A stretch of DNA of 64,000 nucleotides from NCBI GenBank assembly GCA_049668445.1, contig JBATJK010000099.1, positions 731 through 64,730 of the forward strand, in the 5' to 3' direction. The position numbers and the translations under genes were made by a program. Source of the DNA: Gemmatimonadota bacterium (GTDB lineage Bacteria; Gemmatimonadota; Gemmatimonadetes; Palauibacterales; Palauibacteraceae). Position 1 is the stretch's first letter, and every line of letters starts with the position of its first letter. The notes beneath the pieces were generated by a model. It was not told where the DNA came from. It was given only the letters and a program-made list of their open reading frames with translations, and made no database searches. This document shows positions 46,854 to 55,179 of this stretch, piece by piece.

Positions 46854-48838
46854 CAGCGACCCTGCCCTGTCTTTCGCACCAGCCTGGCGACCCAGCCACC
46901 GCCCGGCGCCAGGTGAACCTCCAGCGGCTCGCCCGCCTCGAACTCGAGGGTCACCTTGCGGTAGTCCTGCGGGTTGCGGCCGGCATTTCGACCGTCCCTG
47001 AATACCTCGGCGGACCATGCGCCCTCGTCCAGGAATCCCGTGTCCAGCGAAAGGTCACGCGCTTCCCAGTCCGTCATGGCGCCAATGTACCAGGAGTCCC
47101 CCGATCGCCTGGCCACAGCCAGGTAGTCGCTTACGCTGGCCGCCAGCACCTTCGTGTCATCCCATACGGTCGGGACATCCACGATGAACGCAGTGCACTC
47201 CGTTTCCTGGAGGTAGTGCGACGGTGAATCCGCCAGCATCTGGAGCGGACTCTCGTACACCACGTACATCGCCATCTGGTGCACCCGCGTGCCGAGGCTC
47301 ATCGGGCGGTCGAACACCGGCTTGAACTGCTCCTCGGTGGCGTTCAGCATGGCCCCGGGCGTGTAGTCCATCGGCCCGGCCAGCATCCGGATGAACGGCA
47401 GCGTCACGTCGTGCTCGGGCGTCGGATACGGACTCCACTTCACGTGCTCCAGGCCGCGCACGCCCTCCCGGGTCACCACGTTCGGATAGGCCCGGCGCAG
47501 GCCCGCGGGCTTGTAGGCCCCGTGAAAATCGACCAGCAGGTGACGACGCGCCGCGGCTTCGGCGATCCGCCAGTAATACTCGACCATGGGCTGGTCGTCT
47601 CGCTGCATGAAATCGACCTTGATCCCTGCGGCGCCCCAGGCCTCGAAGCGGTCCAGCGACTCGTCCAGTCGGTCGTCGAGGGACTTCCACACCACCCACG
47701 GGATGAGGCCCACCCCGCGTTCCTCGGCGTGAGCGAACAGGACGTCGAGGTCGACGTCAGGATTGAGAGCGGTCAGGTCCGCCGGGTCGGACCAGCCCTC
47801 GTCGAGAATCACGTACTCGATGCCCTGGTCGGCCGCGAAGTCCACGAAGTACTGATAGGTATCCGTGTTGACGCCCGCCTCGAAGTCCACACCCGTGAGG
47901 TTGAGCGCGTTCCACCAGTCCCACGCCACCTGCCCAGGACGGATCCACGACGGGTCCTCGATGCGAAGCGGGGCCGCGAGGCGCCACACCATGTTCGTGC
48001 GAACCAGGTCCGCGTCCTCGTCAGCCACCACGAATACACGCCACGGGAACGTTCGAGGGCCAGAGGTCCGGGCGATGTAGGGCTCGCGGCTCACGACGCG
48101 CACCGTACGATCATTCACCTGCTCCACTTCGGCCGGGTAGGCGGGCGAGACGCCGGCCAGCATCGACGTTCCGGTGCCAGCCAGGTACAACCCCGGATAG
48201 GCCTGGAGGTCCGACTCGGTGATCGCCAGCTTCGGCCCGCCCGGCCACGAAGCGAGGACGGGAAGGTGGGCCATCGTGCCCGGCTCCACCTGGCTTGCCC
48301 GCAGGCGCTCGTACAGCCGCTCGGAGTGTGTGAGGAAGCTCTCCTCGGCCGGAAACCACAGATCAGGGTCCCGCACGAGGTGCACGGCGAAGTCCTCCGA
48401 CGCGATGACGATCGGGCCAGTCTCATCAGCCCGAAACCGGAACGCCACTCCGTCATCGTAGGCGCGCGCGTCCAGTCCCCAGCCTCCCTTGAAGTCGAGG
48501 TGCAGCGCCGAGTAGCGATCGCGTACGCGTGACTGCTTCTCGGGCACGACCGGCTCGAGCCAATCATCCGTATCCGCTCGCCTCGATGACGAGACGGTCA
48601 CTCCGGGCCCCACCGAAGTGCCATCTGCCAGATGCAGTGCGATCGCCGAGGCGGACACCAACTCCTCCCCGTCCATCGAAACCCGATACGTCAGTTCATC
48701 CCCGGCTCGAACGCTGAGCTCGATACGGCCGTCCGGAGAGGTCAGGGCGTAAGCCGCCGGCTCCTGGGCGCCAGCAGGAGAGGGGACCAGCAATGTCGCG
48801 GCAAGCACTGTGACCCCAGGCAGGGTGATTGGCTTCAT
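46853..48838 (-). CDS. Glycoside hydrolase family 97 (alpha-glucosidase/alpha-galactosidase, SusB-like), secreted
   Basis: Internal start MKPITLPGVTVLAATLLVPSPAGAQE (signal peptide). Conserved GH97 catalytic region GIKVDFMQRDDQPMVEYYWRIAEAAARRHLLVDFHGAYKPAGLRRAYPNVVTREGVRGLE. Confidence 0.8.
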   Translation of the reverse strand: MKPITLPGVTVLAATLLVPSPAGAQEPAAYALTSPDGRIELSVRAGDELTYRVSMDGEELVSASAIALHLADGTSVGPGVTVSSSRRADTDDWLEPVVPEKQSRVRDRYSALHLDFKGGWGLDARAYDDGVAFRFRADETGPIVIASEDFAVHLVRDPDLWFPAEESFLTHSERLYERLRASQVEPGTMAHLPVLASWPGGPKLAITESDLQAYPGLYLAGTGTSMLAGVSPAYPAEVEQVNDRTVRVVSREPYIARTSGPRTFPWRVFVVADEDADLVRTNMVWRLAAPLRIEDPSWIRPGQVAWDWWNALNLTGVDFEAGVNTDTYQYFVDFAADQGIEYVILDEGWSDPADLTALNPDVDLDVLFAHAEERGVGLIPWVVWKSLDDRLDESLDRFEAWGAAGIKVDFMQRDDQPMVEYYWRIAEAAARRHLLVDFHGAYKPAGLRRAYPNVVTREGVRGLEHVKWSPYPTPEHDVTLPFIRMLAGPMDYTPGAMLNATEEQFKPVFDRPMSLGTRVHQMAMYVVYESPLQMLADSPSHYLQETECTAFIVDVPTVWDDTKVLAASVSDYLAVARRSGDSWYIGAMTDWEARDLSLDTGFLDEGAWSAEVFRDGRNAGRNPQDYRKVTLEFEAGEPLEVHLAPGGGWVARLVRKTGQGR

Positions 48839-48857
48839 AGGAGCGCGGGACCTCCCG

Positions 48858-49538
48858 TCAGGATTGGGTTCTCCGGTACAGGGCATTGATCGTGACCCTC
48901 CACCCCTCCTCCGTCTCGACAACGACCTCCCGAGTCGGCACGACCGGGACGAAACCGGCCGAGGCAAGCGTCGAATCGAGAAGCGGGGCCTCGACCAGGT
49001 AATGGGTCCCGGAGTGAAAGCCCTCGTAGACGTGCTTCTCGCCGGCGAGGAGACGGATCGACTCTCCGTGCGGCCGTGAGCGCGGGCTCCAGACTGCGAC
49101 CAGCAGACGACCGTCCGGAGCGACACACCGGCTCATCTCGCGTATGGCCCCGGTCCACTGACTCTCCGTCGCCGCCTGATGCAGCACCCCCAGGGCCACG
49201 AGCACGTGGACCGAAGCATCAGCGAAGTCGCCTAGATTCTCCATGTGCCCGAGCCGGATTCGGCGATCGGATTCTGCCGGACCGAGGACGCCTGCCACCC
49301 GCTCGCGAGTTCGAGCCACCATCGCCTCGGAACTGTCGATGGCGAACACGTCGAATCCTCGCTCGGCCAGCATCACGGTGTTACGGCCGGCGGCGCACCC
49401 GACGTCGAGCACCACGACCTGTCCGGGATCCGAGAAATCGTTCAGCAGTTCCTGCAGGCGAGTGTCCGGATCCCTGTCCGTGAATCGCTCCACGGCCTCA
49501 CCGCTCTCCCAGAAGGAACCCTCGCCGGCGGGAGTCAC
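48858..49538 (-). CDS. Class I SAM-dependent methyltransferase
   Basis: VLDVGCAAGRNTVMLAERGFDVFAIDSS (motif I), 226 aa. Confidence 0.8.
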   Translation of the reverse strand: MTPAGEGSFWESGEAVERFTDRDPDTRLQELLNDFSDPGQVVVLDVGCAAGRNTVMLAERGFDVFAIDSSEAMVARTRERVAGVLGPAESDRRIRLGHMENLGDFADASVHVLVALGVLHQAATESQWTGAIREMSRCVAPDGRLLVAVWSPRSRPHGESIRLLAGEKHVYEGFHSGTHYLVEAPLLDSTLASAGFVPVVPTREVVVETEEGWRVTINALYRRTQS

Positions 49539-50071
49539 CGGCCCGGTGCCTCAGCCGGCAGGAACTCGGCCGGGATCTCGTTCCCGGCCCGCTCCTGGTC
49601 AAAGATCCAGCTCGTGATCCACCAGCGACTTCCGTCGTTGTACAGCTGAATGCTGTTGATCCCGCGGCCGAAGACCTCGCCGTCCGGTTCCCCGCTCGAC
49701 GCGTAGGTGCTCCAAACGTGGGCCACGTTGCCGAACCGTTGAACCGTCCGGTGGACCTCCCACTCGAAGAACGCCGGCGCGTCGGCCGCGCCGAATCGGT
49801 CGTGGTACTCCGCCAGGGTCATCGTCTGGATTACCGGATCCCCGTCCGCTCCCAACCCAGTGATCGCCACCAATGCGTCGGGGTGGTGGATCCACTCGTC
49901 CCGCTCGCGGTCCGGCGCCGTTCCCGCCGGTCGGGACACCACCTCGTAGTAGGCATCCAGTATGCCGTCGAGCGTCTCGACGTCTTCCATGCGGCCACCA
50001 CCCACCTGTGCCTGGATCGAGCCCGGCGCCACGAGGGAAGTGACGATGAGCAGAGCGAGTACTCGTTTCAC
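49535..50071 (-). CDS. Secreted NTF2-like (SnoaL/DUF4440-like) protein, hypothetical
   Basis: Signal peptide MKRVLALLIVTSLVAPGSIQAQ. It shares …FGNVAHVWSTYASSG…RWWITSWIFDQE… with the 50838..51362 product. Confidence 0.5.
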   Translation of the reverse strand: MKRVLALLIVTSLVAPGSIQAQVGGGRMEDVETLDGILDAYYEVVSRPAGTAPDRERDEWIHHPDALVAITGLGADGDPVIQTMTLAEYHDRFGAADAPAFFEWEVHRTVQRFGNVAHVWSTYASSGEPDGEVFGRGINSIQLYNDGSRWWITSWIFDQERAGNEIPAEFLPAEAPGR

Positions 50072-50838
50072 GACATCTCCTCGAGGTTGTGGGCCGCCGA
50101 CTCAACGCCGCGCCCCGGTTGTTGGCAATGGCTCTCCCGGCCCACGATGCCGACGATCTCCTCCGGCGTCCGGGCAAGGAAATCTGGAGCTTCGGGCCAG
50201 CCGTCGACGGACTCACCTCCGTACAGAACGGCGATGCTCCACACGCTCAGCTCCAGACCACGAGCGACCACCTCCTTCCGCGCCTGCGCAACGCACATGG
50301 CATCGGTAGGGTGATCACCCACGTAGAACGCCGCGCCGGGCCCCATGGATGTCATGCGTTCGAGGCAATCCAACAACCCGTCCGGGGCCGGTTTCTGCCT
50401 CCCCGGCGCGACCTGCTCGTAGCCGATCACGTGATCGAATCGGTCTCCCAGGCCCAGCGGGTCCAGCGTCGCCTCGATGATCTGGCGGGAATTCTGCGAC
50501 ACGATCCCGTGCGGCAGGTGTGCGAGCGCCTGCAGAGTCTCCGGCACGCCAGCAAACGGCTGGACGGGCGTTTCGTCCGTCAGTTGGCACCGGGTCCACA
50601 TGCGACCCGCGGACTCGAGCATGTCTTCCCGGAGTCCGAACTCCCGCTGATAGAAGTCCCTCCAGTTCGTGCACCGGGCCACGGCGGCATCGTAGTTCTC
50701 GACCGAATGGAGAGTCTCGAAATCGTCCCAGGACCGCCCGGTGAGACCCTCGATGATGGATCGGTTGACGCTCAGGTTCCGATGGCGGGAGTCTACCAGC
50801 GTTCCGTCATAGTCCCAGACAATGGCGCAGGCCCGCAT
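50068..50838 (-). CDS. HAD-superfamily hydrolase (phosphoglycolate phosphatase-like)
   Basis: Internal start MRACAIVWDYDGTLVDS (motif I DxDGT), and …YVGDHPTDAMCVAQA (motif IV). Confidence 0.75.
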   Translation of the reverse strand: MRACAIVWDYDGTLVDSRHRNLSVNRSIIEGLTGRSWDDFETLHSVENYDAAVARCTNWRDFYQREFGLREDMLESAGRMWTRCQLTDETPVQPFAGVPETLQALAHLPHGIVSQNSRQIIEATLDPLGLGDRFDHVIGYEQVAPGRQKPAPDGLLDCLERMTSMGPGAAFYVGDHPTDAMCVAQARKEVVARGLELSVWSIAVLYGGESVDGWPEAPDFLARTPEEIVGIVGRESHCQQPGRGVESAAHNLEEMS

Positions 50839-51362
50839 CAGTCGCCGAAGCTCGGCACCGGGAGGTCGTCGCGCGGAAGCTCGTTGACCACGGACACGAC
50901 CTTCCACCGGCCATCGACGCGTATCAGCGACCACAGATCCACGCCCGGTCGCGCCGGCCGTGCGGTACCGGGGATGCTGGACTCGTACACCACACTCACG
51001 TGGGCGACGTCTCCGAACTCGGTCGTCTCGGCCGAGGTAACCGTTTCCTGAAACCCGTTCACACTGGCGGCCGCCAGTTGATTCTCGAAACGGAGCCAGT
51101 CCAGCAGGAAGCCGTCGACGCTCATGACCTTGAGATCCGGTGGATACCGAAGCACCACGATCGCCTCCGGGACGAACACGTCGCGTACGACCTCCCAGTC
51201 AGGCGTGTTCCCGTCCGTCCAGGAAACCAGGTCGTACACGTCCCGAACCACCTGCTCTACGGAACGAAGGTCCTCTGCGCTCTCGTCCGTCTGGGCCAGC
51301 GCCGGGGCCGTCAGAAGCATGGAAAGAGCACAGGCCAACCCTGTCACCCTGATTCGGTACAC
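50838..51362 (-). CDS. Secreted NTF2-like protein, paralog of 49535..50071. The start is approximate.
   Basis: Leader …GLACALSMLLTAPALAQ. Shares …FGDVAHVSVVYESS…RWKVVSVVNE…. The track ORF extends to 51452, but that would overlap the upstream gene by 61 nt. Confidence 0.45.
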   Translation of the reverse strand: MYRIRVTGLACALSMLLTAPALAQTDESAEDLRSVEQVVRDVYDLVSWTDGNTPDWEVVRDVFVPEAIVVLRYPPDLKVMSVDGFLLDWLRFENQLAAASVNGFQETVTSAETTEFGDVAHVSVVYESSIPGTARPARPGVDLWSLIRVDGRWKVVSVVNELPRDDLPVPSFGD

Positions 51363-51390
51363 GGCTCTTCTCCTTTCGCGTACACGTCTG

Positions 51391-52194
51391 TCAGTCGTTC
51401 TGCGGGGCTTCGTCAGCCGCTCCAGGCGCTGGCGCTCCCGGCACGGCCGCATCGATAGCCGGACGGGTGGAGGCGATCGCGGCCTCGACCTGCCTCGCCA
51501 GTCTGTCGATCAGCGCCCGGGCTGTATCCTGCCGACTCCGCACTTGCGAGGAATAGATGGAGCGCGCCATGAAGAAGGAGCCCGCGATGGCCGCTAGCGG
51601 GAATGCCACGAGGCCAGCACCTAGACCGAGGGTCGCCGAGAGAGCTCCGCCAAGACCGAAGCCGACGCCACCGCCGACTCCACCCATGATGCCGCCGAAC
51701 CAACCCGCGGCGAGCCCGGAGTAGCTCTGCTCGACCCGGATCAGGGTCTGACCGTTCTGAGACGAGACCAGCACCTGCTGCTCGGTGAGGTTGGATCCTT
51801 CCTGCGAACTCCACGTCAGCGACCGGCCGACAGCGCTCGCGGTGCCGCGTCCGGGAGTGGCGGCCACGATGGTGGGCACGAGCTCCTCGAGACGCTCGAC
51901 GGGCATCTCTCCCTCGACCACGCGTTCGATCGCGACGGCCGTCGGCGCGCCGGCAAGCCGGCTTCCCAGGGTAGCAGGCAATTGGGCGTTCAGCTCGCTC
52001 GCCGCCTGGCGCAGCATTCCGGGATCGATGCCGGCTTCGGCGGCGATCTCCTCCAGGTCGGCCATGGTCAACCCGGCCGGATCCGGCGCGGTGGGCTCGG
52101 CACGCTGCATCTCGGTAGCCCGCCGCAGGATGAGGGCGATTTCCTCCTCCGAGTAGCGACGGGGTTCGGGCAATAGATCGTTCATGATCCGCAC
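51391..52194 (-). CDS. Hypothetical protein with glycine-zipper membrane hairpin
   Basis: 267 aa. Helical N-terminal domain, then GWFGGIMGGVGGGVGFGLGGALSATLGLGAGLVAFPLAAIAGSFF (GxxxG repeats), then Ala/Pro-rich tail. Confidence 0.45.
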   Translation of the reverse strand: MRIMNDLLPEPRRYSEEEIALILRRATEMQRAEPTAPDPAGLTMADLEEIAAEAGIDPGMLRQAASELNAQLPATLGSRLAGAPTAVAIERVVEGEMPVERLEELVPTIVAATPGRGTASAVGRSLTWSSQEGSNLTEQQVLVSSQNGQTLIRVEQSYSGLAAGWFGGIMGGVGGGVGFGLGGALSATLGLGAGLVAFPLAAIAGSFFMARSIYSSQVRSRQDTARALIDRLARQVEAAIASTRPAIDAAVPGAPAPGAADEAPQND

Positions 52195-52230
52195 AATCTA
52201 GCGACCGGCGAATCCGCTGCGACCCCGGCT

Positions 52231-54048
52231 TCAGTTGGACTCATCGAATTCCCAGGAAGCCACGAAGTCCCGGGTCGGGGCCTCGCCCGTAAGCCGGGCT
52301 CGGACCATCTCGATGGGCATCGTCCCACCCTGGAGGATCGCGTCGTGGAATTCTCGCTCCGTCATCCGGCCCGTTTCGACCAACTCAGAATGAAGAGCTA
52401 GTATCTGCATGCCACCGATCATGTACGCGGCCTGGTACAGCGGAGAGTACGACCCGTTGAACGATCTCCTCACCTCGGCCGTCGCGCTGGCCCGTTCGTG
52501 ACCCACCCCGTCAACCAGGAAGTCGATCGCCTGGTCCGGCGTCATCTCCCCGAGGTGGAATTTGAGGGAGAAGATGATCCGGGCAGCACGGTGCTTCCTC
52601 CAGAACAGCATTCCCATGCGATCTTCCGCCGTGGCGGGGAATCCCAGGTCCCACAGCCGCATCTCCCAGTACAGGGCCCAGCCCTCTCCCCAGAAGGGCG
52701 TGCCGAACACCCTGCGGTGCGGGTTGTACCGCCGCGTCATGAAGCCTTGCAGGTGGTGCCCCGGAATGAGCTCGTGGTGAACGGTGGCGCGGGAGAAGTG
52801 GACGTTGTTCGCCCGCATGCTCATCAACTTGTCCTCGTGCGCCATACCGTCGGTCGGAAACGAGACCTGGATCACTTCTCCGCCGAGGAAGAACGGGGCG
52901 ATCTTCTGCATCTCCGGTGACATCATCTCGAGGCGCCACACCTCCTCGGCGAGCGGCGGGATGGTCAGGAGGTCGCGCGCCTCGAGAAAGGCCACGGCCT
53001 CCCACGCGAGATCGCGCACCAGGTCCGGCTGCTCCCCGGGGTCCACGTGAAGCGTCTTGACGTGCTCCAGGGCGGCGTGCCAATCGTCCCCAAAGCCCAT
53101 GTCGCGAGACGCACGCACCATCTCGGCCTCGCACCAGGCGAATTCCCTCTCGCCGATCGCGATCAGCTCCTCGGGCGTGTAGGCGATCATCTCGTGCTCG
53201 AGATCCGACCGCATGCCGTCCGCTCCTATCGGATCACCCACGATCGGCTCGTCGCCTCCGGCCTCGACGCCCACGAGACGCTCCCGCACGAAGTCGACGT
53301 AGCCGGCCAACAGCGAGTCGACCGCCGAGTAGGGGGACTCCACCCACCATGTGAACAGTGGATCGTAGCCGGCGTAGTGGCCGTACCAGTGCTCGAGATC
53401 GCGGCGGAGTGAGTTGATGGCCCGCGCCGCACGGAGCGCGACGATCGGCGAGGGAACAGTCGCCTCCCCCGCCGTGGCATCGAGCAAAGTTTCGAAGCCG
53501 GTCTGCAGGCCTTCGACCTCGTCCGCGAGCGCCTGGAGAGCGACGGCGGCCTCTCGCGGATCGACGGGTGCCAGATCTCGACGAGCCTCCTGCAAGGACG
53601 CGATCGTGGGGATGAATGGCACGAGGCTCTGCAGCTCCTTCGCGCGTTGGCCTTCGCGCTCCAGCAATTCGAGTTCGTAGCGCAGTTCCGACCGGAGGAG
53701 GACGTGGTCGATGCGCCCCTCCAGACCGAGCCCTCCCATTTCGATCTCGTCGAGCTGCTGCAACCACCCTTCGTAGAACGTGCGCAGTCGCTGTCGCCGA
53801 TCCGGCGAGTATGCCACGTCCCAGCGGCGCAGAAGGACCTCGCGGTCCGCCGAGTAGCGGCCGACGACTCCCGCCAGGTCGCTCTCTTCCATCGCGACGA
53901 TTGCACGAAGGTCCGGGGCTGCCTCCTCCTGCGCGTCCGCCGGCGAAGCGGTGATCAGCAGAGCGGAGAGAAGAAGAACGGCGCTCGGAGTCCAAGGGAT
54001 GCTGTCAGGTTTCACGTGCGGTTTCCTCCAGCGAGTCGCTTGAAGCAA
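52231..54048 (-). CDS. DUF885 family protein (putative secreted metallopeptidase-like)
   Basis: 605 aa. Signal peptide, conserved region …ATVHHELIPGHHLQGFMTRRY…FWGEGWALYWEMRLWDLGF typical of DUF885. Confidence 0.7.
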   Translation of the reverse strand: MLQATRWRKPHVKPDSIPWTPSAVLLLSALLITASPADAQEEAAPDLRAIVAMEESDLAGVVGRYSADREVLLRRWDVAYSPDRRQRLRTFYEGWLQQLDEIEMGGLGLEGRIDHVLLRSELRYELELLEREGQRAKELQSLVPFIPTIASLQEARRDLAPVDPREAAVALQALADEVEGLQTGFETLLDATAGEATVPSPIVALRAARAINSLRRDLEHWYGHYAGYDPLFTWWVESPYSAVDSLLAGYVDFVRERLVGVEAGGDEPIVGDPIGADGMRSDLEHEMIAYTPEELIAIGEREFAWCEAEMVRASRDMGFGDDWHAALEHVKTLHVDPGEQPDLVRDLAWEAVAFLEARDLLTIPPLAEEVWRLEMMSPEMQKIAPFFLGGEVIQVSFPTDGMAHEDKLMSMRANNVHFSRATVHHELIPGHHLQGFMTRRYNPHRRVFGTPFWGEGWALYWEMRLWDLGFPATAEDRMGMLFWRKHRAARIIFSLKFHLGEMTPDQAIDFLVDGVGHERASATAEVRRSFNGSYSPLYQAAYMIGGMQILALHSELVETGRMTEREFHDAILQGGTMPIEMVRARLTGEAPTRDFVASWEFDESN

Positions 54049-54151
54049 TTCGGGCTCGGTGTCCGGCGCCTGCGTTGGCCGAGCGCGAACCGGGCCCCGA
54101 GATCCAGAGCTGCAGCAGCCAGGATGACGCCGGTCCAGACGAGACCGCGCC

Positions 54152-54604
54152 TCACTTCACGCCCTCCAGCCCGGCCGTCGCCATGGCTCGCCGGGCCACC
54201 TTCTCAAGGTCATCGGCCAAGCCGTACTCGAGGACGTGTACGGCCGGGTTGCCGCGGATCATGGCCGACAGGCGACGCCCTGATTCTGGCCGGAACAGGC
54301 CGACCACCGGCTTTCCCATGACGGCCGCGCGCGCGACTTCGTATCCCACGCCGAGTGACGGGGTGGTTACCTCCGCGATCACGACGTCCGCCTCCCGCAG
54401 CCACTCGAGATCACGGGCGTAGATCCCTGCATCGCCAAGGCCAGCCTCTCCACCATCCGAGAGGTCAGGACTGCCAATGTGCTCGGTGAGGACCGAACCA
54501 TGCTGGGCAAGGGCCGAGATCAGAGCCTCGTACCTGGGGGCATCGTCCCGGCCGCCACTGATCGAGGCGGAAAAGTAGATCAGGGGCCGGGCCCTGCCGG
54601 TCAC
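54152..54604 (-). CDS. 2'-deoxynucleoside 5'-phosphate N-hydrolase (DNPH1/Rcl family; nucleoside 2-deoxyribosyltransferase fold)
   Basis: GTG start preceded by GAGAGGAG Shine-Dalgarno. The 150-aa product LIYFSASISGGRDDAPRYEALISALAQHGSVLTEHIG…DLEWLREADVVIAEVTTPSLGVGYEVARAAV…GLFRPESGRRLSAMIRG is nearly collinear with human DNPH1 as I recall it (YFCGSIRGGRED…TVLTEHV…DLEWLQQADVVVAEVTQPSLGVGYELGRA…LFRPQSGRVLSAMIRG). The track ORF 54152..55138 is N-terminally over-extended with Arg/Gly-rich junk. Confidence 0.75.
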   Translation of the reverse strand: MTGRARPLIYFSASISGGRDDAPRYEALISALAQHGSVLTEHIGSPDLSDGGEAGLGDAGIYARDLEWLREADVVIAEVTTPSLGVGYEVARAAVMGKPVVGLFRPESGRRLSAMIRGNPAVHVLEYGLADDLEKVARRAMATAGLEGVK

Positions 54605-54864
54605 TCCCGCTCCTCTCGTTCGAGAACCGGGGGATCGCCCGACTCGTCCTCTTCTTGCTCCTGCCTCACGTGCGCTTCCTGTACGTGCTGCATGCCCGGG
54701 TTGAAGATCGAATCGAGCTCCTGCGCGTGGTACATGGCGCCACCGCGAACTCCGCGAGTCCGGCGATAGAAGATCCGGCCCTTCGCTTCGAGCCCGAGGA
54801 GCAGGCGGTCCAGCACCACCAGGACGACCGCCGCGACAGCGGCCCAGGCCAACCACTTCAACAC
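54601..54864 (-). CDS. Small membrane-anchored protein (1 TM + acidic tail), hypothetical
   Basis: 87 aa. MLKWLAWAAVAAVVLVVLDRLLLGL… then …QEQEEDESGDPPVLEREERE. Its stop overlaps the GTG start of the DNPH1-like gene. Confidence 0.4.
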   Translation of the reverse strand: MLKWLAWAAVAAVVLVVLDRLLLGLEAKGRIFYRRTRGVRGGAMYHAQELDSIFNPGMQHVQEAHVRQEQEEDESGDPPVLEREERE

Positions 54865-54912
54865 CGGCCTCCCGGTCAGAAAGTGGACATAGTGTCGGCA
54901 CGACGAGTGAAG

Positions 54913-55179
54913 CTACGACGTGACCAGTCGCAGAGCGATCCACAACAGGGGCAGGGAGGACACCCCGATCGCGATCCAGTCCCAGACGGCCGGGCGGCCG
55001 GTTCCCGAACGGCCGATGATCAGCAATCCGACCCCTACGAACAGGGCACTCAGAGCCACCGGAAGGAGGAGCAACGGGGCCGCCGCCCAGGCGCCCCAGC
55101 CGTCGTAGCGATCGACGACACTGCGCGCGTAGAGCCATGCCACCGCGGGCACCCAGCAGGCGAATCGGAAGTACGTCAT
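54913..55179 (-). CDS. Small integral membrane protein (2-3 TM), hypothetical
   Basis: Internal start MTYFRFACWVPAVAWLYARSVVDRYDGWGAWAAAPLLLLPVALSALFVGVGLLIIG…WDWIAIGVSSLPLLWIALRLV. It has an ATGA overlap with the upstream serine hydrolase gene stop. Confidence 0.4.
   Translation of the reverse strand: MTYFRFACWVPAVAWLYARSVVDRYDGWGAWAAAPLLLLPVALSALFVGVGLLIIGRSGTGRPAVWDWIAIGVSSLPLLWIALRLVTS

Noticed and set aside
47279-48532. 417-aa plus-strand ORF
   Set aside because: Antisense to the GH97 glycosidase gene. It is a high-GC artefact.
54605-55138. N-terminal 178 aa of the 328-aa track ORF containing the DNPH1 domain
   Set aside because: That portion is Arg/Gly/Pro-rich and overlaps two better-supported small membrane-protein ORFs. 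A GTG with a strong Shine-Dalgarno at 54604 gives a product matching the length of characterised DNPH1.
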